Origin: a bacterium | GTDB taxonomy: Bacteria; Bacillota; DTU030; DUMP01 | NCBI GenBank assembly: GCA_035271345.1 | Contig: DATERQ010000118.1 | Span: 1 to 35,790 of the forward strand | Reading direction: 5' to 3' | DNA: 35,790 bases | Shown: positions 9,512 through 17,961 of the stretch, piece by piece | Numbering within the stretch: the first letter of the stretch is position 1 | Layout: each line of letters starts with the position of its first letter | Translations under genes and position numbers: made by a program | The notes under the pieces: model-generated | Databases searched by the model: none | What the model was told of the DNA's origin: nothing | The model's input: the letters and a program-made list of their open reading frames with translations, nothing else

Positions 9512-11854
9512 TTATTCCCCCTGCCCATGGGCAAATGTAGAAATGATAAGTTTGCGCCCGTCGCTTTTTATTTGAACTTGTCCATCTTCATCAGTGCGTA
9601 AAACAGTTGCGCCGGCTGCGATGAGGCGTTCTAGGGTCTCTGGGCTCGGATGACCGAAGTTGTTTTTTCCGACCGAAATTATGGCCAGTGTTGGTGTAAT
9701 CCGCTGAAGAAAGTCTTCGCCGCTGGCTGTTGCCGCACCATGATGGGCTACTTTGAGCACGGTGACAGGATCCGGAATCTCCTGCCGTAACAAGTATTGT
9801 TCTGCTACCTCCCCGGCATCCCCCGTAAACAGAAACCCATACTGCCCATGCCGCAAATATAAAACCAATGAATTGTCATTTTGAGCATCAGCGGAAACCA
9901 GGGGTTCTGCGGGTGGACTGAGTATAACTGCCTCGGCATCGGTTCCTAAATCTACCTTCATTCCGGTACTTCCCGTATAAACGGGGATTCCTCGTAGTTC
10001 AAGCCCTTGTAAAACAAGTTCGGCCCCTACACCAGCAAATGCAGACGGTACTATTACAGCACCGACCGGTATCGTGTTAATCAGGGCCGGGGCTCCACCG
10101 ATGTGATCAATATCGCCATGGGTTAAAACTATCAGCTCTAAACGGTGGATACCTATCGAGCGAAAATAAGGCAGCAAAATCTTTCCACCAGCATCCCAAA
10201 CACCTCGTTCCGTACTGACCCTAGGACCGGCATCTATAAGCACTGCCTGCCCAGAGGGCAGACGAATCAAGATGGCATCCCCTTGGCCGACAGCAATAAA
10301 ATCCACCACGAGAGAGGAAGTTGCCGGTCCAGACCAGGTGCCGATCAATAGCGCCAGTGCCACCCCCAAAAAGAGACTCCGGCGCAGCCAAATCTTTCCC
10401 CTTTGCATTTGGAATAATGCTGGTGCCACAATAATAACCAGGTAATAAGCAACCATAAATAACAGCGAGGGACGCCTTACATATATAAACGCTCCGGGAC
10501 AACTGGCAAACAAACGGGCCAGGTAACTAAGCACGGTCAACACCGCTCCAGCCGCTCCCAGTATTAGTTTACCAGCCGGTAAATAGAGACTACCAATTAT
10601 TAGACCGAGCAAGCTTAAGACGAGAGCAAGGCCGGCTACAGGAACAACTACCACACTAGCTAAAAACCCAATTAGGGATACGCCGCTAAAATGGTAGGCC
10701 GTAAGGGGCCAAGTGCAAAGCTGGGCTGCCGCCGAAGTCACCAAAGGTATGGACATATGCTTCCATCTAAAAGGCAATTGACCAAGTTGGGAATTAAAAT
10801 ATAAAATACCGGCAGCGGCGGCGAAAGACAGTTGAAAACCTACATCATAAAGATACAACGGGTTTACTAGCAATAGCAACAAGGCAGCCGCCGCTAAGGC
10901 CACTAAGGAATTCCGCGGGCGACCACTGCTGAGGCCCAATAAACCTAGGGTAAACATAATACCCGCCCGTACCGCTGAGGGCGCAAAACCAGTCCAAGTA
11001 ATATATAACAAGACCACAGCACCGGCAAACACACTTTGCAAACGGAAAGGCAGACGAAATAGCCGCCCCAAGCCCAAAACCAAAGCTGCCACCATGCCCA
11101 CATGAACACCGGACACAGCCATTAAATGCACGGTGCCACTAGCAGTAGAAAAATTGACTACATCCCCTGCAACCGCCTGTCGTTCCCCTAAAGTAAGGGC
11201 TTTAAGAATAGCAGCATCAGAGGATGGTAGCATAGTAGCCACATGGCAGAGTCGCCTTCGAACCCCAAAAGCAGACTTTAAAACACTGGAACCTTGGTTC
11301 TCGCTTATAAGTTCAACTGCCTCTTCTTGAGCCAAAGCCAGTTGATACAAAACCCCCCGCCGTTCCAAATAGGCTCGGTAGTCAAATTGGCCGAAATTAG
11401 CTGCAGCTTGCGGTCGCACGAGCCGGCCCCGTATCCGCAGTAAATCTCCATAGTAATAAGCACCTGCTTCAGGCCTTAAGTCCCGCAGCAATACTCGACC
11501 CGTCACCGGCTGTAGCTGATCATCACCCAAATAGTTAACCGCCAACACGTATGATGTGCCGGTTGAAGTTGATTCAGCTTCGCTTATTACAGTTCCTTCT
11601 AAAAGAACTGTCCTATCCACATAAGGAGCCAGTTGATCAGGCCTGAGGTCGACCATACTTAGCCTCAGGGCCCCGGCAAAAAAAGCCAACACCAGAACAA
11701 TAACACTGGCCGCCTTCCGTTTATTTTGTCCGGCAAGCAAAAATCCGGCCCCGACTGCAACTCCCATAAGACCTAACCAGATGCCTAAATCTAGCCTGCA
11801 GGATACAAGTATACCGGCCGCAAAAGCCAAAGCGATAGCGATTAAAGCTGGCAT
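9512..11854 (-). CDS. comEC: DNA internalization-related competence protein ComEC/Rec2
   Basis: 780 aa. Polytopic competence domain plus a C-terminal metallo-beta-lactamase domain (AVGQGDAILI...LIDAG..., LTHGDIDHIGG, AHHG). Confidence 0.9.
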   Translation of the reverse strand: MPALIAIALAFAAGILVSCRLDLGIWLGLMGVAVGAGFLLAGQNKRKAASVIVLVLAFFAGALRLSMVDLRPDQLAPYVDRTVLLEGTVISEAESTSTGTSYVLAVNYLGDDQLQPVTGRVLLRDLRPEAGAYYYGDLLRIRGRLVRPQAAANFGQFDYRAYLERRGVLYQLALAQEEAVELISENQGSSVLKSAFGVRRRLCHVATMLPSSDAAILKALTLGERQAVAGDVVNFSTASGTVHLMAVSGVHVGMVAALVLGLGRLFRLPFRLQSVFAGAVVLLYITWTGFAPSAVRAGIMFTLGLLGLSSGRPRNSLVALAAAALLLLLVNPLYLYDVGFQLSFAAAAGILYFNSQLGQLPFRWKHMSIPLVTSAAAQLCTWPLTAYHFSGVSLIGFLASVVVVPVAGLALVLSLLGLIIGSLYLPAGKLILGAAGAVLTVLSYLARLFASCPGAFIYVRRPSLLFMVAYYLVIIVAPALFQMQRGKIWLRRSLFLGVALALLIGTWSGPATSSLVVDFIAVGQGDAILIRLPSGQAVLIDAGPRVSTERGVWDAGGKILLPYFRSIGIHRLELIVLTHGDIDHIGGAPALINTIPVGAVIVPSAFAGVGAELVLQGLELRGIPVYTGSTGMKVDLGTDAEAVILSPPAEPLVSADAQNDNSLVLYLRHGQYGFLFTGDAGEVAEQYLLRQEIPDPVTVLKVAHHGAATASGEDFLQRITPTLAIISVGKNNFGHPSPETLERLIAAGATVLRTDEDGQVQIKSDGRKLIISTFAHGQGE

Positions 11855-11895
11855 GGCGTCGCTCCTCGAATTATTAGCTGCAGGATTTCTCCTTT

Positions 11896-13119
11896 TTATT
11901 CAATTCGACTTGAAGGAGCCATTCCCTCTAATTGGGTGTTTGGATATGGCAGCAACTGTATGTCATGGTCACAAATCTTGAGTAACACCGCCTCGTTACC
12001 AAGCCCCCAGGCTGCAGCCCACTTCTCGAGCGCAGAATTATGTGTCGGCAATACATCCAACTTGGCAGCCAAAATTCCGGACCGACTAAGAAATCGTGCC
12101 CACTCAACTGCTGCTTTAACTTCATCTGCGGGCAGCCGCTGTTTAACGACAACCATTTTTTCTGTCCGGACAGATAATCCCAAGTCAGGTGCAATTTTTG
12201 GCGGCATCAGTACCATTTGATGTAAACTTGCGCCTTCATGGTCCAACAAGCCATGTTCAATACGCTGCTGCCTTGTACGTATCGTTCGCATCATCCAAGG
12301 TTCGACCGGGGCTAGTAATGCTGCCCTCCCGGAAAAAAAGCTGTCTAAGCCACTGTAATCCCGGGGGGTTATATCGGCCGGCATAAAGCCCTGAGCTTGA
12401 AGTTCTTGTATATGGCAAGCTGCAGACTCGCCGGCATTCGGAGGCCAATTAGCAACTCCCGAGGGTTGCCCATCTACTTTCCGTGGAGCCACTGCCATCA
12501 ACAAACCTTGGTAATCTAGTCCAGCCAATACATAAGGTCGTTCCGGCAAAAGGGATAGCTTTTCCCCTAAATACACGATGTCACTCCATCCAATTCCAGT
12601 AGCCTGAAGCGTTGAGCATGATATGCCAACTGCTTGAAGCAAATCTACATTGGCCAAATATAGCTGTGGGGCTAAAAATCGTGGCCAAACAGCGATATCG
12701 CTTTCTTGGTCTAGGCTTTTTCGTGCCAAGGGTAGATAGCCGGCAAGTTCGTCTGCCGATAGATATGTAACTGGAACCAGTAAATCACAGTCCAGATCAT
12801 TGATGTCCAGAGGCCCAAGGGAGACAACATGGGGCTGTGCTTTCCGAATGGCAGTTGCCACCTGCTGGCTTTGGGCCCAAGAAAACAATTTGGGCCTGAT
12901 GGTGATATTAGGATATTCCCGACCGAATAATTCGAACTCCCGCTCAAGCTCTCGCTTATAACTTTCTCCGTTTGACAGTGGGCGTTCAAAATCCCAAAAC
13001 GTTACCGTGTACTCCTTATCAGTTCTAATTAGCGCTTCGGGATCTAGGTCCCCAACCAGCCAATAGTGCCAACTGCCCCAAATGACAAGAGTCAGTATTC
13101 CAAGTATGGCCATCAGCAC
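11896..13119 (-). CDS. Membrane-anchored protein with weak resemblance to family-1 extracellular solute-binding proteins; function unknown
   Basis: 407-aa ORF. N-terminal TM helix (MLMAILGILTLVIWGSW), then a TVTFWDF...EFELFGREYPNITIRPKLFSWAQ...AIRKAQPHVV pattern typical of SBP_bac_1 N-lobes. No permease or ATPase genes adjacent. Coding status is solid; function is not. Confidence 0.55.
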   Translation of the reverse strand: MLMAILGILTLVIWGSWHYWLVGDLDPEALIRTDKEYTVTFWDFERPLSNGESYKRELEREFELFGREYPNITIRPKLFSWAQSQQVATAIRKAQPHVVSLGPLDINDLDCDLLVPVTYLSADELAGYLPLARKSLDQESDIAVWPRFLAPQLYLANVDLLQAVGISCSTLQATGIGWSDIVYLGEKLSLLPERPYVLAGLDYQGLLMAVAPRKVDGQPSGVANWPPNAGESAACHIQELQAQGFMPADITPRDYSGLDSFFSGRAALLAPVEPWMMRTIRTRQQRIEHGLLDHEGASLHQMVLMPPKIAPDLGLSVRTEKMVVVKQRLPADEVKAAVEWARFLSRSGILAAKLDVLPTHNSALEKWAAAWGLGNEAVLLKICDHDIQLLPYPNTQLEGMAPSSRIE

Positions 13120-13164
13120 ACGTTCCCTTGGTAACCTAAAGTCTTTCAGATCAACACCCCCATT

Positions 13165-14094
13165 CTAACGCAAGCCAAGAATATACAATAAACCCGAAGT
13201 CACTATCCCCGTGGCATTAAGCCCATGGTAATTTTGCCAGGCAGCCACGGCCTCAGCAGTGCTTTCGCCATAAACCCCATCGGCTCTTCCTGGGTCAAAC
13301 CCCAGTTCCCGAAGCTGCCATTGCAAATACACCACTTCCTGCCCCACTGTGCCTTCGGTAAAGCCAGAAAGTAGTGAATGCTGCCTGCGGCCTTTCCTAA
13401 GCCGAACTGGCGTTCCAATTTTTACCCAATCATATAATTCTATCACATCGTGGTTGAACATGCGTATACAACCTGCGCTGGCCATTTGTCCAATAGAACC
13501 AGGATCGTTGGTGCCATGGATTCCATAACTCCCCCAGGGATTTGAAAGGCGTAACCAGCGCACACCGAGAGCACCATGCCAGCCGGCACGTTTCTCACAT
13601 ACTATCCACTCCCCAGCAGGGGTAGGAGATTCCGGGCGTCCTACTGCCACAGGATAAAGCTTGAACGGTATATTATCACAATATATGACTAAGGTAAGGG
13701 CATCAATATCAACTAAAAGACTAATTTCGCCTTCAGGTGCTGGCGTTGGCGCTCCTACTGGATGGATTTCGTATAAGGCTAGGGCTTGCCAACTAGCGTC
13801 ATCCATCTCTCCGCTGGGGCTCAACCCAAGCTCCATTTGCATTTTGCCCACTGCTTCAGCCAAGGCCGGTCCGTAAATGCCGTCCTTGGGGCCTCGGTAA
13901 AAGCCAGATTGGATCAACCGTTCCTGAAGCTGTTGCACGTTAGGGCCACGTAAAGGTGGCGAAGAAAGACGCAGAATAGCTACCTTCTCGCATCCACATG
14001 GATCAGTTTCCATCATCGCTGCCACCGACGCTAGCGGACAGACCGACAACCAGGCCAGAACTAAATAAATTATCAGCCCTCGTCTTGGACCCAT
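13165..14094 (-). CDS. L,D-transpeptidase (YkuD domain) flanked by two peptidoglycan-binding (PG_binding_1) domains
   Basis: Catalytic HGTNDPGSIGQMASAGCIRM motif. PG-binding repeats (GPNVQQLQERLIQSGFY...DGIYGP; VVYLQWQLRELGFDPGRADGVYG). Signal peptide after the ATG at 14094 (GGGGG RBS); the track start at 14130 is probably too long. Confidence 0.85.
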   Translation of the reverse strand: MGPRRGLIIYLVLAWLSVCPLASVAAMMETDPCGCEKVAILRLSSPPLRGPNVQQLQERLIQSGFYRGPKDGIYGPALAEAVGKMQMELGLSPSGEMDDASWQALALYEIHPVGAPTPAPEGEISLLVDIDALTLVIYCDNIPFKLYPVAVGRPESPTPAGEWIVCEKRAGWHGALGVRWLRLSNPWGSYGIHGTNDPGSIGQMASAGCIRMFNHDVIELYDWVKIGTPVRLRKGRRQHSLLSGFTEGTVGQEVVYLQWQLRELGFDPGRADGVYGESTAEAVAAWQNYHGLNATGIVTSGLLYILGLR

Positions 14095-14174
14095 CTTGTT
14101 GCCCCCTGCACTGCTCACTAATCTATACAATGTATGCCCGTGAGCAAAACCTTATGAAGTCACCCGCAATAACA

Positions 14175-14203
14175 CAACCCTGCTCCATAAAGCAAAGCAG
14201 GGT
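14175..14203 (-). terminator. Terminator-like hairpin downstream of ndk
   Basis: AACCCTGCT (14175-14183) pairs with AGCAGGGTT (14195-14203) for 9 bp. On the minus strand it is followed by GTGTTATTG, a weak T-tract. Confidence 0.45.
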
Positions 14204-14240
14204 TAATATTGGTTGGAAAAACCGGCTTAGTGTTCCGCAT

Positions 14241-14648
14241 TTAGGCCTGAAACTGGTGGGGGAAAAAGAGTTTGAGTTCCCGAACCGCACTCTCAGGTGA
14301 ATCAGAACCATGTATTATATTTTCCCTAACTGAAGTAGCAAAATCACCCCGGATAGTACCGGGGACCGCTTCTTTAGTGTCCCCAATTAAGCGCCGAACC
14401 CTGTTGATAGCATCATTACCGCCAATAATTGCCGCCACTAACGGTCCTGAGGTAATGAAATCCACTAACTCCGAATAAAACGGCCGCTTCCTATGCTCAA
14501 TATAATGCTCTTGAGCCAATTCCCGACTTACCTTCATCATCTTCAATTGGCAAATTTTAAGACCTTGGCGTTCCAATCTCCACAGCACCTGACCGCAAAG
14601 GCCACGCTTGATAGCGTCAGGCTTTATTAGAACCAAGCTCTTCTCCAA
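14241..14648 (-). CDS. ndk: Nucleoside diphosphate kinase
   Basis: (M)EKSLVLIKPDAIKRG..., NIIHGSDS active-site motif, 135 aa. TTG start 9 nt after an AAGGAG RBS. Overlaps the upstream gene by 32 nt. Confidence 0.95.
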   Translation of the reverse strand: MEKSLVLIKPDAIKRGLCGQVLWRLERQGLKICQLKMMKVSRELAQEHYIEHRKRPFYSELVDFITSGPLVAAIIGGNDAINRVRRLIGDTKEAVPGTIRGDFATSVRENIIHGSDSPESAVRELKLFFPHQFQA

Positions 14649-15675
14649 TTATATCCACTCCTTGCCGGCCGGTTGCAATCTCATCCGGGGCTAAAAATCC
14701 GCTGAAGACACTGCGTCCAAGCTTTCTATCCATGGTTGTCCAATTATCTTTCGACCCACCGCCCCGCTGGAGCAGCCCTTGAAAGTGGTCTAGCTCACAG
14801 CTTAGATAATCTGCATGATGTAAGGCGAAAGCATTAATGGTTTTAGGCGGCCGGGGCGAACCCCATTCTTCAATTCCATGGTGGGCCAGGATCATGTGAA
14901 TTAGCTCATGCCTTAACGCGGTGGGAAATCCTTTTATACTGGCAATCGTTTTTTCCACCAACCTGGCCGTTAAGACTATATGACCAAACAGCCGTCCTTC
15001 ATCGGTAATGGTAAAGGATAAACCCTCCCAACTATATTCAAAAATCTTCCCACTATCATGCAAAAGTGCCCCGGTAAGTAGCAAATCCCGATTAATGTAG
15101 TGGGGATATTGATTTGCTATGGCAACAGCAAAGCCAACTGTTTCCAGCGTATGTTCCAGTAACCCGCTTAAATATGCATGATGGATCATTTTTGCCGCTG
15201 GGGCCTGTACAAAGGCGCGATAAAAGTCCTCATCATCAAAAATTATTTCAAGCAAACGCGATAACGGTGCTGATTTAACTTCGTTTATAACTGCCCTGAG
15301 CTCCTTTTCCATGGTGGGTAAAGGCCGCGGCGAACTGGGTAAGAACCAAGCAGGTTGTAAGGAACTTTCGTCCGCTATCGTAATCTCTTCCACCACTAGC
15401 TGAAGGTCGCCACGGTACTGACCTACATTGCCTTTGATTTGAACCCCGGTCCCTTCTGTTCCAAGCTGTGAGAACGCCCTTTCGCCACCTTCCCACATAA
15501 TAGCCGGTAAGGATCCGGTACGGTCCGACAAGGTCAGGCGAAGGAAAGAACCCCTTTTGCCGCTTTCAGGCCGAAACGGGGTCAAAGTGGCACCAGTGGC
15601 AACAAAATAGTCTTTTATCCGCTCTCCCACTTTTAGTGAACTAATATACCTATCCTTAGTATGCTCCTTACCCAT
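14617..15675 (-). CDS. yhaM: YhaM-like 3'-5' exoribonuclease (OB-fold plus HD domain)
   Basis: N-terminal OB fold (FLRLTLSDRTGSLPAIMWE...GNVGQYRGDLQL). HD domain blocks line up with B. subtilis YhaM (IHHAYLSGLLEH, LLHDSGK, LFGHI, AHHGIEEWGSPRPP). Confidence 0.85.
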   Translation of the reverse strand: MGKEHTKDRYISSLKVGERIKDYFVATGATLTPFRPESGKRGSFLRLTLSDRTGSLPAIMWEGGERAFSQLGTEGTGVQIKGNVGQYRGDLQLVVEEITIADESSLQPAWFLPSSPRPLPTMEKELRAVINEVKSAPLSRLLEIIFDDEDFYRAFVQAPAAKMIHHAYLSGLLEHTLETVGFAVAIANQYPHYINRDLLLTGALLHDSGKIFEYSWEGLSFTITDEGRLFGHIVLTARLVEKTIASIKGFPTALRHELIHMILAHHGIEEWGSPRPPKTINAFALHHADYLSCELDHFQGLLQRGGGSKDNWTTMDRKLGRSVFSGFLAPDEIATGRQGVDIIGEELGSNKA

Positions 15676-15878
15676 TTACATCACCTCAATTTATGATATT
15701 GCCTTGATTACCAGGTGTTATAATAAGCAGTAATTAAAAACAGCTTTACGGCCACCCTACCCTGGATAGATGATCCTAAATTCCTTTTAAAAGCATAGAT
15801 ACAAATTTAAACCCACCGCAACCAATAAAATGTTATTATATTAATGGGGCCACAAATGTAAAGGAGTCTTGCTGGGAT

Positions 15879-16577
15879 ATGAACAGGAAAATAATCATTT
15901 ATGTGGCAGTCGCTCTAATGGTAATTTCGGTTCCAATTCTTATAACTACGCTGGCTACCGAAAGCGTCGCTTTTTCCGAAACCTTTTATCTGAGGCAATA
16001 CCAGCGGTTAAGCCTGGGACAGTCCTCCGGCTTTTCCCTGCAGGAGTTCAAGCAATTTAGTCGCACCTTGCATGATTATTTTCGTGGGCGCATTCCATCC
16101 CCACAACTATTCGTCCATTCTGAAACTGGGCTGGAACCGCTTTATAAGCAGCGTGAGATCTACCATTTGGCAGATGTCCGGCACCTATTTAGGCTAGAGT
16201 GGAAGCTCCGTAATCTAGGCTGCATCCTGTTAATTATGGGCCTGGGATTGGTATTAGCCGTCAAACGACAGCAATCGGGGCCTATTATAGCTATGGCCAT
16301 AGCCGGTGGGAGCAGCATCGGCATTGTAGCTTTTCTGCTGTTACTTTTAGTTGCCCGGCTGAACTTTAATCAGGCTTTTACCATATTTCACCTTATTAGC
16401 TTCGATAACACACTGTGGCAATTGGATCCAAGTCGACATAATTTAATTAAGCTGTTCCCAGAACAATTCTTTCTTAATGCCACCATGGCTATTATAATTC
16501 AAGCCCTTGGTGTGCTGATTGTTTTACTGATAGCAAGCCTTGGATTTCACAAAAAACAGCAGCGGGAATCTGGTTGA
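15879..16577 (+). CDS. TIGR01906/DUF1461 family integral membrane protein (the family that includes lipoprotein intramolecular transacylase Lit)
   Basis: 232 aa. N-terminal TM, YHLADV, central TM pair, FHLISFDNTLWQL...LFPEQFF, the characteristic family pattern. AAGGAG lies 12 nt upstream of the ATG. Confidence 0.7.
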   Translation: MNRKIIIYVAVALMVISVPILITTLATESVAFSETFYLRQYQRLSLGQSSGFSLQEFKQFSRTLHDYFRGRIPSPQLFVHSETGLEPLYKQREIYHLADVRHLFRLEWKLRNLGCILLIMGLGLVLAVKRQQSGPIIAMAIAGGSSIGIVAFLLLLLVARLNFNQAFTIFHLISFDNTLWQLDPSRHNLIKLFPEQFFLNATMAIIIQALGVLIVLLIASLGFHKKQQRESG

Positions 16578-16590
16578 ACTACTGCTGCCA

Positions 16591-17568
16591 TCAGTATCCT
16601 TTGTCTAAGTCAATCTGGGTTAAAAGCCGCTGCCCAGTACGATAACGTTCTAGGTTATCGACAAATAATTCGAAGCACCGGTCATAATAGTTTGCGGACC
16701 AACCTCCAATATGGGGGGTTATAATAACATTGGGAAGATCCCATAGGGGGCTTTCGGGCGGCAAAGGCTCTTGGGAAAACACATCTAGGCCAGCCCCAGC
16801 TAGTTTCTGTCGTTTTAAGGCTTTTATTAAAGCTTGCTCATCAATTACCGTTCCTCGGGCCAAATTGACAAGGTAGGCCGTAGGTTTTAGCACTGCCAAT
16901 TCCTCGCTACCTATAAGATTTTGGGTTTGTGCAGTGAAAGGAACTACAACCACTGCAAAATCGGCCATGCTTAGGGCTTTTTTTATTTGCCCGGTGGGAT
17001 ATGCCCGCTGAAAATGTAGCGGTGCTTTACCACTAGTGTTGACACCAACGGTTCTCATTCCAAAAGCCTGCCCTAAACGTGCCACCTCTTGTCCAATCCT
17101 ACCGGTTCCTATAACGGTCAGGGTCTTACCGGATAAGGATTCAAAAGCAAAAAACCCACTGGGCTGATCCCAATCATGCCTTCTTTGGGCGACAGAGAAA
17201 CGAGGCAACAATCGTACAAAAGCCAAGATATAGGCAAATGCTTGTTCGGTCATGGGCATCCCATGTACTCCGCTCACATTGCTTAACACCACACCTTGTC
17301 TTTTCAATTCTGCCAACGGTAGCCGGTCTACGCCAGCCAAAAAAGTCTGTATCCAACGCAAATTCTTAGCCTTATTTAAAAACCCGGTAGTTATTTCAGC
17401 CCCGCTGAATGTAATTAAAACCTCAGCCTGAGCCAAAATTGCTTCATGCGCCTTCACATCCTCTGCCACTACAAGTTCAAGTCCCGGAAATTTGTTGATA
17501 AGGGTGGCTCTTTGCTCGGAATTAAGCTTTACTGTGGATACAATTAACAACTGTACCTCTCCTTTCAA
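16591..17568 (-). CDS. D-isomer-specific 2-hydroxyacid dehydrogenase, NAD-binding
   Basis: GTGRIGQEVARL Rossmann motif, NLARG..ID, ITPHIGG. The track start is TTG at 17568. AAAGGAGAGG at 17556-17565 suggests the TTG at 17550 may be the true start. Confidence 0.85.
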   Translation of the reverse strand: MKGEVQLLIVSTVKLNSEQRATLINKFPGLELVVAEDVKAHEAILAQAEVLITFSGAEITTGFLNKAKNLRWIQTFLAGVDRLPLAELKRQGVVLSNVSGVHGMPMTEQAFAYILAFVRLLPRFSVAQRRHDWDQPSGFFAFESLSGKTLTVIGTGRIGQEVARLGQAFGMRTVGVNTSGKAPLHFQRAYPTGQIKKALSMADFAVVVVPFTAQTQNLIGSEELAVLKPTAYLVNLARGTVIDEQALIKALKRQKLAGAGLDVFSQEPLPPESPLWDLPNVIITPHIGGWSANYYDRCFELFVDNLERYRTGQRLLTQIDLDKGY

Positions 17569-17961
17569 AGGCTAGCATTCTTCCGGGGAGCTACCTGCTA
17601 TCCGGAGTTCATTGGAATCGGAGGCTAAAAATCCCCTGCCAGGTTCAGGATGGTAGGTAAAGAAAGCCTCGGAACAACACCTTGTGGCCCGCTAGAGGAC
17701 GCAGCCAGCTACCATCAAGAGGTTTTCTTCCGCTGTCATCCAGAGTTTTAAAGCCGGAGAACGGCTCTAAAGAGCCCCCTTAAACAAGGTTCGCCGCTAT
17801 CCCAATATTTCGGCGCGCAAATCTTTTTGGAGTGGGAAGCGAGCGCCGATGAGAGACTGAAGGTCAAACCAAGATCCCGGCTGGTGGTCAATAGCGCCGT
17901 CTTGTGATATCCTATAAAGGCTAAGAAATTTTAAAAGCGAGTCTGCGAGGTAGAAAAAGCT

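Noticed and set aside
10221-10502. 93-aa same-strand alternative-frame ORF inside comEC (similar cases: 11928-12194, 12711-12989, 13203-13418, 15275-15496, 30474-30755)
   Set aside because: Each is embedded out of frame in a longer ORF with clear family identity, with no RBS and implausible composition.
16557-16587. Possible terminator between the convergent TIGR01906 gene and the dehydrogenase gene
   Set aside because: It has only a 6-bp CAGCAG/CTGCTG stem with a 19-nt loop, it overlaps the end of the coding sequence, and it has no T-tract. That is too weak to call.
17569-17961. Assignment of the long leader to a named riboswitch, T-box or SRP-like RNA
   Set aside because: I saw only partial, scattered resemblances: AUCAAGAGG (SAM-I-like), CUCUGGA...GCGGAAG (glycine-like), GGACGCAGCC (c-di-GMP-I-like), GAUGGUAGCUGG (T-box-like) and CCAGGUUCAGG (SRP-like). 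None has the full set of conserved elements, so no class is called.
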